The notes under the pieces: model-generated | Databases searched by the model: none | What the model was told of the DNA's origin: nothing | Seen by the model: only the letters and a program-made list of their open reading frames with translations | In this document: piece by piece, positions 51,064 through 62,722 of the stretch | Layout: each line of letters opens with the position of its first letter | Numbering within the stretch: the stretch's first letter is position 1 | Origin: Octopus sinensis | Taxonomy: Eukaryota | Assembly: GCF_006345805.1 (NCBI RefSeq) | Contig: NC_043015.1 | Coordinates: 27,776,001 to 27,840,000 of the forward strand | DNA: 64,000 nucleotides | Reading direction: 5' to 3' | Program-made: the position numbers and the translations under genes

Positions 51064-52489
51064 CAACAAAGAATTAAAAAGAATGACAGAATTAGGTATC
51101 ATAAAACCTGTTAGTGAACCTACAGACTGGGTAAATTCCCTAGTCATCGCTGAAAAAGCCAACGGAAAACTCCGACTCTGTTTAGACCCCAAGAATCTAA
51201 ACAAAGCCATAAAAAGGCAACATTTCAAACTCCCTACAGCGGAGGACATTTTTGCACAAATGCATAACCCTAAATATTTTTCGAAACTCGATGCATCTAA
51301 TGGATACTGGCAAATTCCAGTTGACGAAAAAAGCTCCCATCTGTTAACGTTCAACACACCTTTTGGAAGGTATCGCTTCACACGACTACCCTTTGGAATT
51401 CACAGCGCCAGTGAAGTTTTCCAAAAAGAAATTGCAAAAATAATAGAGGGCATAGAAGGAGCAAGAAATTCACAGGATGACATCATAATCTGGTCCAGCA
51501 CTTTAGAAGAACACACAAATAGACTACAACAAGTTTTCGATCGAATCCGAAAGCACGGATTAAAGTTAAATAAATCAAAGAGTATCTTCTATGAATCACA
51601 AATCACGTACCTTGGGCATCTATTAACCAGCGAAGGGATAAAACAAGATCCAACCAAAGTACAAGCAATCATTCACATGCCACTGCCAACAAGCAAAAAA
51701 GAATTACAAAGATTCCTAGGTATGACAAATTACCTATGTAAATTTTTATCAAATTACTCCGAAGTTACAGCACCATTACGCCAGCTTCTACAGAGTGACA
51801 CGTTATGGTCATTCGACAAACCACAAATCGAAGCAATAAAAAAGCTAAAAGAAATGATTACCAGAAAACCAGTGCTACAATTTTATAATCCAGATCTACC
51901 AATAAAAATAACTACAGATGCTAGTAAGCATGGGCTCGGAGCGATACTTGAGCAGAAACACAACGAAAGATGGCTACCTGTTTCGTTTGCATCTCGTGCA
52001 ACAACTCAAGCGGAACAAAACTACTATCCGATAGAGAGCGAAGCTCTCAGTATAGTTTTCGCATGCAAGAAATTTCATCAGTTTATATACGGAACTCATT
52101 TCAGAATCGAAAATGACCATAAACCGTTGAAGCAAATATTCACAAAATCGATCACTAAATGCCCCCCCAGAATCCAAAGATTTCTACTAACATTACAAAG
52201 ATATGATTTTGACCTAAATCACATACCTGGTAAGGAATCAACTGTTGCAGATACCCTATCACGTGCATACCTTGAGCAAAATACTCCAGAAGTACCAGAC
52301 GAAGATATGAAATCGCACATACATGCAGTAATAAAAAATTACCCCATAACCGACACTAAATTAAACGAGTATAAAGAAGCCACTGCAGACGACCCGTCAC
52401 TACAGACACTCATCACATATACAAGAACAGAATGGCCCCCCAAAAGACAAAATACCAATAAACATCAAACCATTCGTCTCCGTTCGTGA
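51064..52489 (+). pseudogene. Gypsy pol: RT + RNase H
   Basis: ORF 51041-52489; frameshifted near 52450-52500. Confidence 0.9.
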
Positions 52490-52588
52490 TGAAATATCAA
52501 TCACAATGGTCTCGTTCTAAAAGGTTCAAGAATAATTGTACCTAAGTCATTACGTAGAGAAGCTATACAGGAAATACATACCGGACAC

Positions 52589-53593
52589 ATGGGTATCGAA
52601 AAATGCATAGAGAGAGCGAAGGAATGTATATACTGGCCTGGCATTAACGCTCAAATCAAAGACATGATTAACACATGCTCATACTGCATCGACTACAAAA
52701 ACCAACAATCAGCCGAACCACTAATAAATCATGAAATACCTACTACACCATGGACCAAAGTGGGTACAGACGTATTTCACCTGTCTGGAAATTCGTATGT
52801 CACAATTATTGACTATACAACAAGATTTTTTGATCTACACGAAATAAATGGTTGCCAGTCAAAAACCGTAATCAAAAAATTAAAAGAAACTTTTGCTAAA
52901 TTCGGAATTCCGCAAACAGTTGTAAGTGACAACGGTCCAGAATTCAATTCGGCTGAATTCAAAAAATTTGCAAAAAATTGGCATTTTTATCACACGAAGA
53001 CAAGCCCGCATTATCATCAAGCGAATGGCATGGTTGAGAGAAATATACAGACAATAAAAAAGACGCTAAAAAAGACATTCAAGAGTGGCGAAGAACCTCA
53101 GTTAGCGCTCTTAGCATTACGCATGACTAAATTACAAAATGGTGCACCATCCCCTGCAAATCAAATAATGAATAGAACATTGCGAACAAATCTCCCAAAC
53201 TTAATACACGACAAAATTGATATCAGGCCTCACGAAAAGAAGAAATCAAACATTACAACAGAACTCCCAGAGTTAAAACCACACGACACGGTTAGAATTA
53301 AGTTTAACAACAATTGGTTTAGAAGGGGCAAAATAATTAAAAAACTAGAGCAACCTCGTTCATACTTAGTAATAACAGAGGAAGGTAATACAGTCAAACG
53401 AAATAGACAACATATTCTTAAAACAAACGAACACGTTCGCATAACAGAAGAATTAGATTATGAAAATATATTTCCAAAGTCAACAAACACGCATGAAAAA
53501 ACAAAAACAGCACAACTACAGAATTCAACACTACAAAATAATAAAACCACAAAAAGTGGACGACGAATAATTATTCCCTGTAGATACAGATAA
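52589..53593 (+). pseudogene. Gypsy pol: integrase (H2C2 finger begins just upstream; DDE core)
   Basis: ORF track: GTDVF, SDNGPEF, ERNIQT, C-terminal RNRQH. Confidence 0.9.
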
Positions 53594-53633
53594 AAAAAAA
53601 TATAAATAAATAAAAAAAATAAAAAAGGGAAGA

Positions 53634-53771
53634 TGTAATCATCACAACAAACATGAACAATCAACGTTGCCCATTGTCTCCCTTGATACAAGGACATTCA
53701 GTGAGTTTCCCGCCACAACAAATACCTTGTACAACAACGGCAGTCTAATAAAGTATCTCGTATCGTTAACA
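53634..53771 (+). repeat. 3' LTR (138 bp, TG...CA) preceded by polypurine tract
   Basis: AAAAAAGGGAAGA then TGTAATC; AATAAA at about 53747; ends TAACA. Confidence 0.8.
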
Positions 53772-53860
53772 CGTTTTTTTCAGTCTCTCTCATTTTCTTA
53801 ATCTTTCATACTAAGTACTCACTACTTCCTTTAATACTCAATACATTATATATATACAAC

Positions 53861-54579
53861 AGTGAAGAGTTGGAGAAAGAAAATAGGAAAAGAACGCTGG
53901 TGGAATCACCACCTAAAGAACAAAAAAAGAAGAAAAAAGCGAAAAATAAGATTACTGACGAGAAGGAAAGCCGAACGGGAGAACGGCAGAAGTGAGTGAA
54001 CCGCTAAAAGCAGATGAAGAAAGGGACAGAAAATTGAAAAAGCAGTTGAGAGCTTGTAAGATAGGAGGAGGACCCAAGGGAAAGAAACACAGAGTGGCAA
54101 TGTTATACGACAAGGACGAAAATTTGGAAAAGATGTTGCCAGGTAGGAAAGGCGTAATTAGAGTAAAGTTGACCCCAGGAATATTTGATAAATTTTGGAA
54201 GGCGGTAATCGTGGAGAAAGAGATAGTACGCAAAATGAATGAATATAGCGCATTTGAATGGTTATATGTACGTTATGACACCTTACCAGCTATTGTGGAT
54301 CAGGAGAGCTTAATAGAGTATGTAACAGATGAAGAACCAGGCATTACAGACGAGCGCCCGACGTAGCAGAGTAATATATGTAATTGTAAAATTGTAAATT
54401 GTAAAATTGTATTTTAAATGAAACTGCGAGTTTTGGGGGGCTCGTAAGCCGTTCCATCTAATCCATTATAAATATCCATTTCAATTCATAATTTTCGATT
54501 TTTTTACTTTATGTACCCCACGTCCTGTCTTGTAATGTCCCCTCTTAATTCGGGCCTTAGTGCCTATAATAAAGATTTC
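53861..54579 (+). mobile_element. 5'-truncated copy of the ORF1-only Tx1-related element
   Basis: Colinear with 55544-56270, roughly 85-90% identical by eye. Confidence 0.9.
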
Positions 54580-54594
54580 AGTAGCGACACCTGC

Positions 54595-56270
54595 GTGTTT
54601 TTGTTTTTAAGAAAGGTGTTTGTTTTTTGGTGACGGATATTTCTGATTGCGTTATTGTTGTGTCGCGGTTGTGAGATCGAATCCGGTGGTGGAAGTTGTT
54701 GCGGCGTGGTGGAGTTCTTGAGATTTTTTCTCGAAAATGGAAACTCAGACCTATGCGGGTGCAGCAGGCAAGGGCCTGGTTGCGAACGAATTGCAGTTAG
54801 AAGAAGTCATCGTCGAGAGGGAGACGTTGAACAAGTATTTCGACAGCTTGAAGAGGGAGGGTGACTGTGTGAAGGTCACACCGCCCGAAGAAGAAGCGGA
54901 GAAACGGACTATAACGTACAAAACGTGGAGCGTGACTTCGAAGAAAATAGAAGTGGCACCGATAGAGGAAGTTGAATGCTGTCTTAAAGGAATAGAAGGA
55001 GAATCTACCTACTACAACAGAGGTAGAAAATTCGCAACGGTGGTCGTTCACTTTAAAAATGAAGACGAAGCGAAAAGGAACGCAACGAAGATTCTGAAAA
55101 CAGAAAGATGGGTGTGTTTACCAAGCTACTGCGGGAAAAGGGCAGTAAGAATAAGAATAAGCAAGATTTCGCCCGAACTAAATATGGAAAGGATTTTAGC
55201 AGCAGTGGTGTTTAACTGCAAAGAAAACGTGGAAATATTGAAAGTTGAAAAATCAAATGATGTAACGTGGTGGGGTTATGCAGTGCAGGCGTTGGTCCAC
55301 ATTACAGTGCCTGACCTGTATAACATCCCGGAGGAGTTGGTGTTCCCCGACGAGACACGTCTCAGAGTCGTGGTGGAAGGGAGACCTCCAGTGTGTTACA
55401 GATGCAAAATAAGAGGCCACATGAAGGATGTGTGTCCGCTGGGAGAAGTGAAGGAGAAACCGATAGCACTGGAGACTTTAATGAATGAGTTGCAAGATGC
55501 GTGTGTGGAGGAGGAAATCATTACTACAGATAATGTGGGAAGTGGTGAAAAGTTGGAGAAAGAAAACAGAAAAAGAACGCTGGTGGAATCACCACCTAAA
55601 GAACAAAAAAAAAGAAGAAAAAGCGAAAAACAAGATTAAAGACGAGAAGGAAAACCAAACGGGCGAAGAGGATATAAAAGCGGAAGGGAGTGAACCGGTA
55701 AAACTAACAGCAGAGGAAGAATGGGACAGAAGAATGAAAGAGCAGTTGAGAGTTTGTAAGAGAGGAGGAAGACCCAAGGGAAAGAAACACAGAGTGGTAA
55801 TGTTATACGACAAGGACAAAAATACGGAAAAGATGTTGGCAGGTAGGAAAGGCTTAATTAGAGTAAAGTTGAACCCAGGAATATATGGTGACCTGTGGAA
55901 GGCGGTTAATCGTGGAGAACGAGACAGTGAAGAAAATGATATATGATTATAGTGTATGTGAATGGTTACATGTACGTTATGACACCTTACCAGCTATTGT
56001 GGATCAGGAGAGCTTAATAGAGTATATAACAGATGAAGAACCAGGCATTACAGACGAGCGCCCGACGTAGCAGAGTAATATATGTAATTGTAAAATTGTA
56101 TTTTAAATGAAACTGCGAGTTTTGGGGGGCTTGTAAGCCGTTCCATCTAATTCATTATAAATATCCATTTTCACCTCATATTTTTCGATTTTTTTTAATT
56201 TATGTACCCCACGTCCTGTTTTGTAATGTCCCCTCTTAATTCGGGCCTTAGTGCCTATAATAAAGATTTC
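54595..56270 (+). mobile_element. ORF1-only non-autonomous Tx1-related retroelement (1676 bp) between 15-bp direct repeats
   Basis: AGTAGCGACACCTGC at 54580-54594 and 56271-56285; ORF1 homologous to the Tx1 ORF1; no endonuclease or RT; 3' end similar to the Tx1 3' end. Confidence 0.85.
54737..56070 (+). CDS. Tx1-type ORF1p with CCHC knuckle and extra C-terminal domain (about 443 aa after correcting two 1-nt insertions)
   Basis: KRTITYK, KFATVVVHF, PSYCG, VVVEGRPPVCYRCKIRGHMKDVC; frameshifts at about 55610 (A run) and 55907, each absent from the sister copy. Confidence 0.78.
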
Positions 56271-56299
56271 AGTAGCGACACCTGCTGGTTCTGACTACG

Positions 56300-56340
56300 C
56301 TGCATTGATAAAGGGCAACAACCCTGAAACATGTCTGTAG
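56300..56340 (+). ncRNA. Minimal type I hammerhead-like motif with C3U and G8A core changes
   Basis: Stem I CUGCA/UGUAG; UUGAUAA; stem II AGGG-CAACAA-CCCU; GAAAC-AU-GUC. Confidence 0.62.
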
Positions 56341-56365
56341 ATGTCTGACTAGCAAGGTGAAGCGG

Positions 56366-56425
56366 CTGATGTATATATATGTATATAAATATATATGTAT
56401 ATATATATATGTTTATATATATATG

Positions 56426-56470
<45 letters not shown>

Positions 56471-56474
56471 GTGT

Positions 56475-56505
<31 letters not shown>

Positions 56506-56695
56506 CATACATATATATATATACATATATATATGTATGCATATATATATACATACATACATATATAACATATATACACATATATATACATATATATATA
56601 CATATATGTATCTGCATATATATATATATATATACATATATGTATATGCATATGTATATGCATATATATATACATATATTATATATATATTATAT

Positions 56696-56736
<41 letters not shown>

Positions 56737-56778
56737 CATATACATACATATATGTGTATATATATGCATATACATAAT

Positions 56779-56826
<48 letters not shown>

Positions 56827-56835
56827 GCATTATAC

Positions 56836-56879
<44 letters not shown>

Positions 56880-56936
56880 CATGTACATATACATACATAA
56901 ATATATATATATATACATGTACATATACATACATAA

Positions 56937-57030
<94 letters not shown>
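56366..57030 (+). repeat. Degenerate (TA)n/(TATG)n array ending in (GA)n
   Basis: Read directly. Confidence 0.97.
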
Positions 57031-57032
<2 letters not shown>

Positions 57033-57109
57033 TATAAAAAAAGGAACAAAGAAGTGGACCGAAACGACGAATCGGAACGAACCTGATGCGGGGCGCTGTC
57101 AGATAATAA

Positions 57110-58028
57110 GGTGATAAATAAAAATATATGCATACATACAAACATATATGTACGTACCTACATCTACATGTATATATACATGCATATATAAATAATTATA
57201 CGTGAGTACAGGACATCACAATAAGACGTAGAAACGGAAAAAAACAAAAAACAAAAAACAAGAAAACGAAAAACGAAAAACAATTACAGGACGAGCTACA
57301 CAAGGACAAAACCCCCGTCATCTTTACCATTCGTCTGCTACTTTACCATTCGTCTTCACCAGCATAAAGGCTTTTTCGTTCGTCCCCTTGTGTGGTTGAT
57401 TTCCTGTATCGGATTCTTTTTATTTTTCTCGTTTTGTAACTAATTGTGTTTTTTTGTACATGTATTTTTATTTTTGCAGTTTTATTGTTTGTCTATGCCA
57501 AAAAAAGGCTTTTTCGTTCGTCCTCTTGTGTGTTTGAATTCCTGTATCGTATTTCTCTTTTTATTTTCTCGTTTTGTAATTAATTGTATTTTTTGTACAT
57601 GTATTTTAATTTGCAGTCTTATTGTTACGTCTTGTTTGTGTTCGTACTCATTTTGCCCCGCTGCTTGGAATTTTATTTTAATTCTCTCGCAGGAAGTATT
57701 GGATTAGTGTTCTGTCTATGCCTTCGAACATGCCTGACTCCACTAGCGACAGCTGATGACGGGGGTTTTGTCCTTTTGTAGCTCGTCCTGTAATTGTTTT
57801 TCGTTTTCTTGTTTTTCGTTTTTCGTTTTCTTGTTTTTTGTTTTTTGTTTTTTGTTTTTTGTTTTTTGTTTTTTGTTTTTTGTTTTTTGTTTTTTGGTTT
57901 TTTCCGTTTCTACGTCTTATTGTGATGTTCTGTACCCACGTATAATTATTTATATATGCATGTATATATACATGTAGATGTAGGTACGTACATATATGTT
58001 TGTATGTATGCATATATTTTTATTTATC

Positions 58029-58031
<3 letters not shown>
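57110..58031. repeat. Long inverted repeat (57110-57322 vs 57755-58031) enclosing an about 125-bp direct duplication; probable rearranged PLE terminus
   Basis: Arms nearly identical apart from (TTTTTTG)n expansion; direct repeats at 57366-57488 and 57504-57626. Confidence 0.9.
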
Positions 58032-58101
<70 letters not shown>

Positions 58102-58139
58102 CACATATATATATATATATATAACTTAGAAAGGTTTTG

Positions 58140-60030
58140 GCCAGTGTTGGCCCAGGCCATGTCTAATTTAATAGCACCACCTGGCGAGGTCTTTCAGTTC
58201 AGGATTTGGGCACCAAGGCCCATTCGAGCAGAGAGTTATTGTTTGCAGAGACATATCCAGGTGTGGGTGGTTTGTCCAGGACTGTTTGAAGGAATTTGTC
58301 CAAAGACTTCTTAAATTTTGTGTGGTCAGTTTCTGTTTTGACGTGTCCTACTGTAATGTTGAAGAGATCGGGTCCAATTGAAGAGAAATAATTGTGCCGT
58401 ATTGTCGTTATGAGATGCGATTTAAATTTTTGTTGTGGACGGATGTCATGGGCTCCAAGTCTTGGATGTATTTTGAAGGTGATGCCAACATCATTTGGAC
58501 AGTGCTGATGGAATATTTTCCACATCATACAGATAATGTAGTGTTCACGGTATTGTTGGAGTGAATACAGTTTCAGCTTTTCTAGTCGACTCCAGTAGTC
58601 GAGGTCTGACATGCCATCTATCTTTTTCGTGATTGACCTTTGGGGAGCTTCAATTCTCATAATATTTTGTTTCGTGTAGGGAGACCACAGTGGACAGCAA
58701 TATTCAAGGTGGTGCGGGCAAAAGTGGAGAAGAGAAGGATAATGGTGTGGGAATCTCTCGACTGGAAGGTTCTGAGAATCCAGGAACACATTCTGCGGGC
58801 CATGTCAACTTTGCTGCTTGTATGTGTAGCCCAGCTTATGTTGTTGTCCACAGTTACTCCCAAGTCTCTGATGTTGTTAGACGCCATGAGAATTTCACCA
58901 GAAGTAAGGGAGTGTGTGAGTTTCAGAGCGGCCTCCCTTCCAACGCGGATCAGTTTCAATTTGTCTTCTGACCTTCTGGAGCTTAGCATCATCAGCGAAG
59001 ATTCTGATGTTACTGTGTTTAATGATATCAGTAATGTCATTAATGTAGATTATGAAGAGAAGTGGGCCCAACACAGTGCCTTGTGGGATACCACTACTGA
59101 CTTTGGCTGGGCTGGATGTGACTCCTTTGACTACAACATGTTTGGTTCTGTTTGACAGGAAGCACTTGATCCACTGCAGCAGCTTTCCAGAGACACCAAT
59201 ATTGGACAGCTTTTTTCAAAAGGATCTTATGACCGACCCTGTCAAATGCCTTGCTGAAATCAAGGTATATAACATCAGTGTTGGAACCCTCTCCCAAGGC
59301 TCTCAAAATGATGCAGTAGCTGCGTCAGGCAATCCCTTCCATTATGGAATCCATGCTGGTTGGAGTTCAGCATATTATGACTCTAAAGGAAGTGAGTCAT
59401 TCGCGATCTCACCACTCTCTCAAATACCTTAATGATATGGGAGTTGAGTGAGATTGGACGGTAATTCACGGCAAGGGATTTGTTTCCTTTTTTGAAAACT
59501 GGGACAACAAACTGGGATAGAAGGTTTTCTGGTATATATCCAGCGTCCAGTGAGTTTGCCCCAGATTGGCTAGAGGGGGTGCAAGTTGGTGTTGACACAT
59601 CATCAAGACACAAGCAGGGAATCTTTCGGGACCTACAGCTGAATTATGCTTGATTTCCTTTATTGCTGCTAAGACATCAGGGACGCCAAATGTTATGTCC
59701 GATAAAGTGTATTGCGGAGTAACATTACTGATACAGCCCAGATCAGCCATACCAGGATTGCTGAAAACAGAGCAGTATTGTTTCTGCAGCATCTCTCCCA
59801 TGGTTTTGGCATTGTCTTGAAGAGTACCATCAATTTTTATCATTCTGAGGGCCAACAGTAGAGCCAGTGACTTTGCGTTTTTTTACAAAGGAAAAGAACA
59901 CTTTGGGATTAAGTTTGATCTTCTCAATGGCTCAGGCCTCTTCAGCTCTTCTCTGATTATTGATGATAGACATCATGTTGTTTTGGAGGTTATGTTTTTT
60001 AATCTCTAGTGACGTGATGGCAGTCAGGTT
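58140..60030 (-). mobile_element. 5'-truncated CR1-clade LINE
   Basis: VPVFKKG, NYRPISL, YLDFSKAFDRV, SGIPQGTVLGP, FADD, LEYCCPLWSP, IEAPQR; frameshifts and a short deletion. Confidence 0.9.
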
Positions 60031-60359
60031 AATATATATATGTATATATATATACATACATACATACATATATACATATGTATATATATATACACATATA
60101 TACATATATATATACATATATATATACATGTATATATTTACGTATACATGTATATAAATACACAAACATGTATATATATACATATGCATGTATATATACA
60201 TGTATATATATATACACACACATATATATATTGTGTGTGTGTGAGTATAGATATGTATATATGTATTTACATATACGTATATATGTATATAGATATGTAT
60301 ATATATGCGTATATATACATATATGTGTATATAGATATGTGTATATATACATATATATA

Positions 60360-60447
60360 ATAGAAGAAATAGCTATAACCCTTTGACTGCTATTTCTAAA
60401 TTCGGTATGTGGTAAGGCAACTCGTTGCTAAACCCTTATTGCTTAGT
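60360..60447 (+). mobile_element. Terminal fragment of the repeat at 23841-23925, opposite orientation
   Basis: TAGAAGAAATAGCTATAACCCTT..GCTATTTCTAAATT.GGTATGTGGTA..CGTTGCTAAACCCTTATTGCTTAGTATA. Confidence 0.85.
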
Positions 60448-61148
60448 ATACATATATATATGTATATATATATACATGTATATATATATATACGTATATA
60501 CATGTATATATATACGTATATATATATATACATGTATGTATAGATACATATACATACACATGTATATATATATATGTACACACACACCTACATACACATG
60601 CATACACACACACACACAAACATGCACGGACACACCCAGACATACACACATACACCTATATACACACGCCCACACACCTGCATACACACACATATACACA
60701 CGCCCACACACCTACATACACACACATACATACACACACATACACGGACACACCCATACATACTTACATACATACACCTATACACACACGCCTACACACC
60801 TACATACACACACATGCATACACACACACACACATGTACGCACATACACACACATATACGCACATACATATATACCCACACACATGCACACACACACATA
60901 CGCACATGCATGCATGCATGCACACGCGCACACCTACACGCATACACACACACACACGCACGTACACATACATACATACACACACGCATACATACACCCA
61001 TACACATACATGCATCCTACACACACATACATACACACTCACACATACATACACACACACACACTCACTCACACACCTGTATGTACGCGCACACACATGC
61101 ACATACACACACTCCCCCCACACCCACACGTACATACATACACACTCA

Positions 61149-61181
<33 letters not shown>

Positions 61182-61330
61182 GGACATACATCTATGCACA
61201 CACATACATACACACATACTCACATACATTCATCGGACACACTGCCACCCAGACATACACACAGACACACTCACACATCCACACACATACACACTTACGC
61301 GCATACTCGCAGGCGCGCGCACACACGCGC
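60448..61330 (+). repeat. Degenerate (TA)n then long (CA)n/(CATA)n array
   Basis: Read directly; gives the His/Thr-rich artefact ORFs. Confidence 0.97.
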
Positions 61331-62048
61331 TTGCGCCGGTTCGCGCACGCATACGCGCCGCATGCACCTCGCTCTTGGACCCGACGAGACCTCCCGCCCG
61401 TTCCTGGGACCGTCGCGTGTCGTTGGGTTTTCCCACGCCCGTCTCCGCGGGACCACTCTTCCATCTTCCCCTCAGCTGGAGTCCTTTTTCCTTAACCCCC
61501 CCCCCTTTTTCGTTACACACACACGCACAGCACACATATACACACATTGCTTAAATATTACATTACTCTTACACACATTCAATCTACTCGCCATTAATAC
61601 CACCACGACACTGGACACACACACACACTACTACTCAACACACGCTGGCACGCTACATACGCCCCCACCCCTTCCCCTCCCTCCCTTCCTCCTTCCTTCT
61701 TTTCTTACTACTGACCTTGTCTGCTAGCTGACCACTAGTCTCGCCCTACCTCACACGCCTACACACAGACGCACACACTAACACACACATATATATTTTT
61801 TTTGTTTTTTCATCTCTCCTCACCACACACATACACACACGCACACGCACACACTCACACATACACACACATCTGTTGCGTTACCAACCTTGTCTCCACT
61901 CTTCTGCCTTTAAAAACCCACTTTGCTCTTGTTATCGTAAACATCCGCCTTTCACCATGTGCAACTCGTAAACACCAGTCGTCTTTTTTCTCTTTCCCTG
62001 TTGCCCGCTCTGGGATCTTTCTTTCCTCTCTCTTCCTTCTTTATGTTT

Positions 62049-62076
62049 CCGACGAAGAGCTCCGCTCGAAACGTCA
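62049..62076 (+). ncRNA. Hammerhead-like relic (CCGACGA-A-GAGC-UCC-GCUC-GAAACGUC)
   Basis: Stem II and GAAAC present; U4C change; no convincing stem I. Confidence 0.35.
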
Positions 62077-62463
62077 TACCTCCCTGCTTCCATTTCCTGA
62101 GCGCTTATTAATAATAATACTGTAATTGTTCCATTGTTGTTGTTTTTTTTGTTTCCCGTTTGGATTAAAAAAAAAATATATATATATATATACACATATA
62201 CATATATAATAATAATATTAGGTAATATAATTCCATAATTACAGGGAAAAATTAATTGGATTTTATTTTCTAGTAATAATGATATATTATAGTTTGTTAT
62301 TCTTTTATTATATAAGTTTAAATTTTACTTTTATAAATATAATAAATATTTATACCTATTTATTCTATTTTTATTTACACCAGAATATATTTGCTAAGAT
62401 ATTTCGTATTTTACAAGATTATATACGTATATTTATTTAATTATTTATTTTATTTTTAATCTT

Positions 62464-62546
62464 TGACCTCAGGAGTGGCTATATTTAAATTGAATCGATT
62501 TTACTGTTAAAAGTTCTTCAATATAGCCACGAAACACGTGTAGTCA
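62464..62546 (+). ncRNA. Type I hammerhead motif with G5C core change, in a PLE-type terminal repeat (about 62200-62730)
   Basis: Stem I UGAC/GUCA; CUCAGGA; perfect 11-bp stem II 62475-62485 with 62520-62530; GAAA; AC-ACGU-GU; GUA triplet. Confidence 0.72.
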
Positions 62547-62722
62547 TTTTACAAAATATATACGTTTTATTTATCATTTTGTACATTATTTAATCATTGA
62601 TATATGTTTTTAACTTAAATTTAATTTTTTGTTTAGGATGAAATTTTTTCTATATGGTATAATTAAATTTTTTCATTGTTGAATTGATAAAAGGTGGTTT
62701 ATTTCTAATTATGTATATATAC

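Larger units (their letters stand above)
51064..53771 (+). mobile_element. 5'-truncated Ty3/Gypsy LTR retrotransposon (RT-RNase H-integrase, PPT, 3' LTR)
   Basis: LRLCLDPKNLN, SKLDASNGYWQ, SQDDII, TDASKHGLG, ENDHKPL, H-x3-H..C-x2-C zinc finger, VVSDNGPEF, NGMVER; no gag, protease or 5' LTR. Confidence 0.95.

Noticed and set aside
57050-57105. GAAAC...CTGATGC, a possible permuted hammerhead
   Set aside because: Core is CUGAUGC and the stems do not pair
56255-57145. Many long IYIYIY / YMYM ORFs (also at 289, 31178, 33797, 35685, 59932, 62907, 63386)
   Set aside because: Stop-free frames of (TA)n-type microsatellites; no coding signal
60425-61727. His/Thr-rich ORFs of 300-356 aa
   Set aside because: Translations of the (CA)n array
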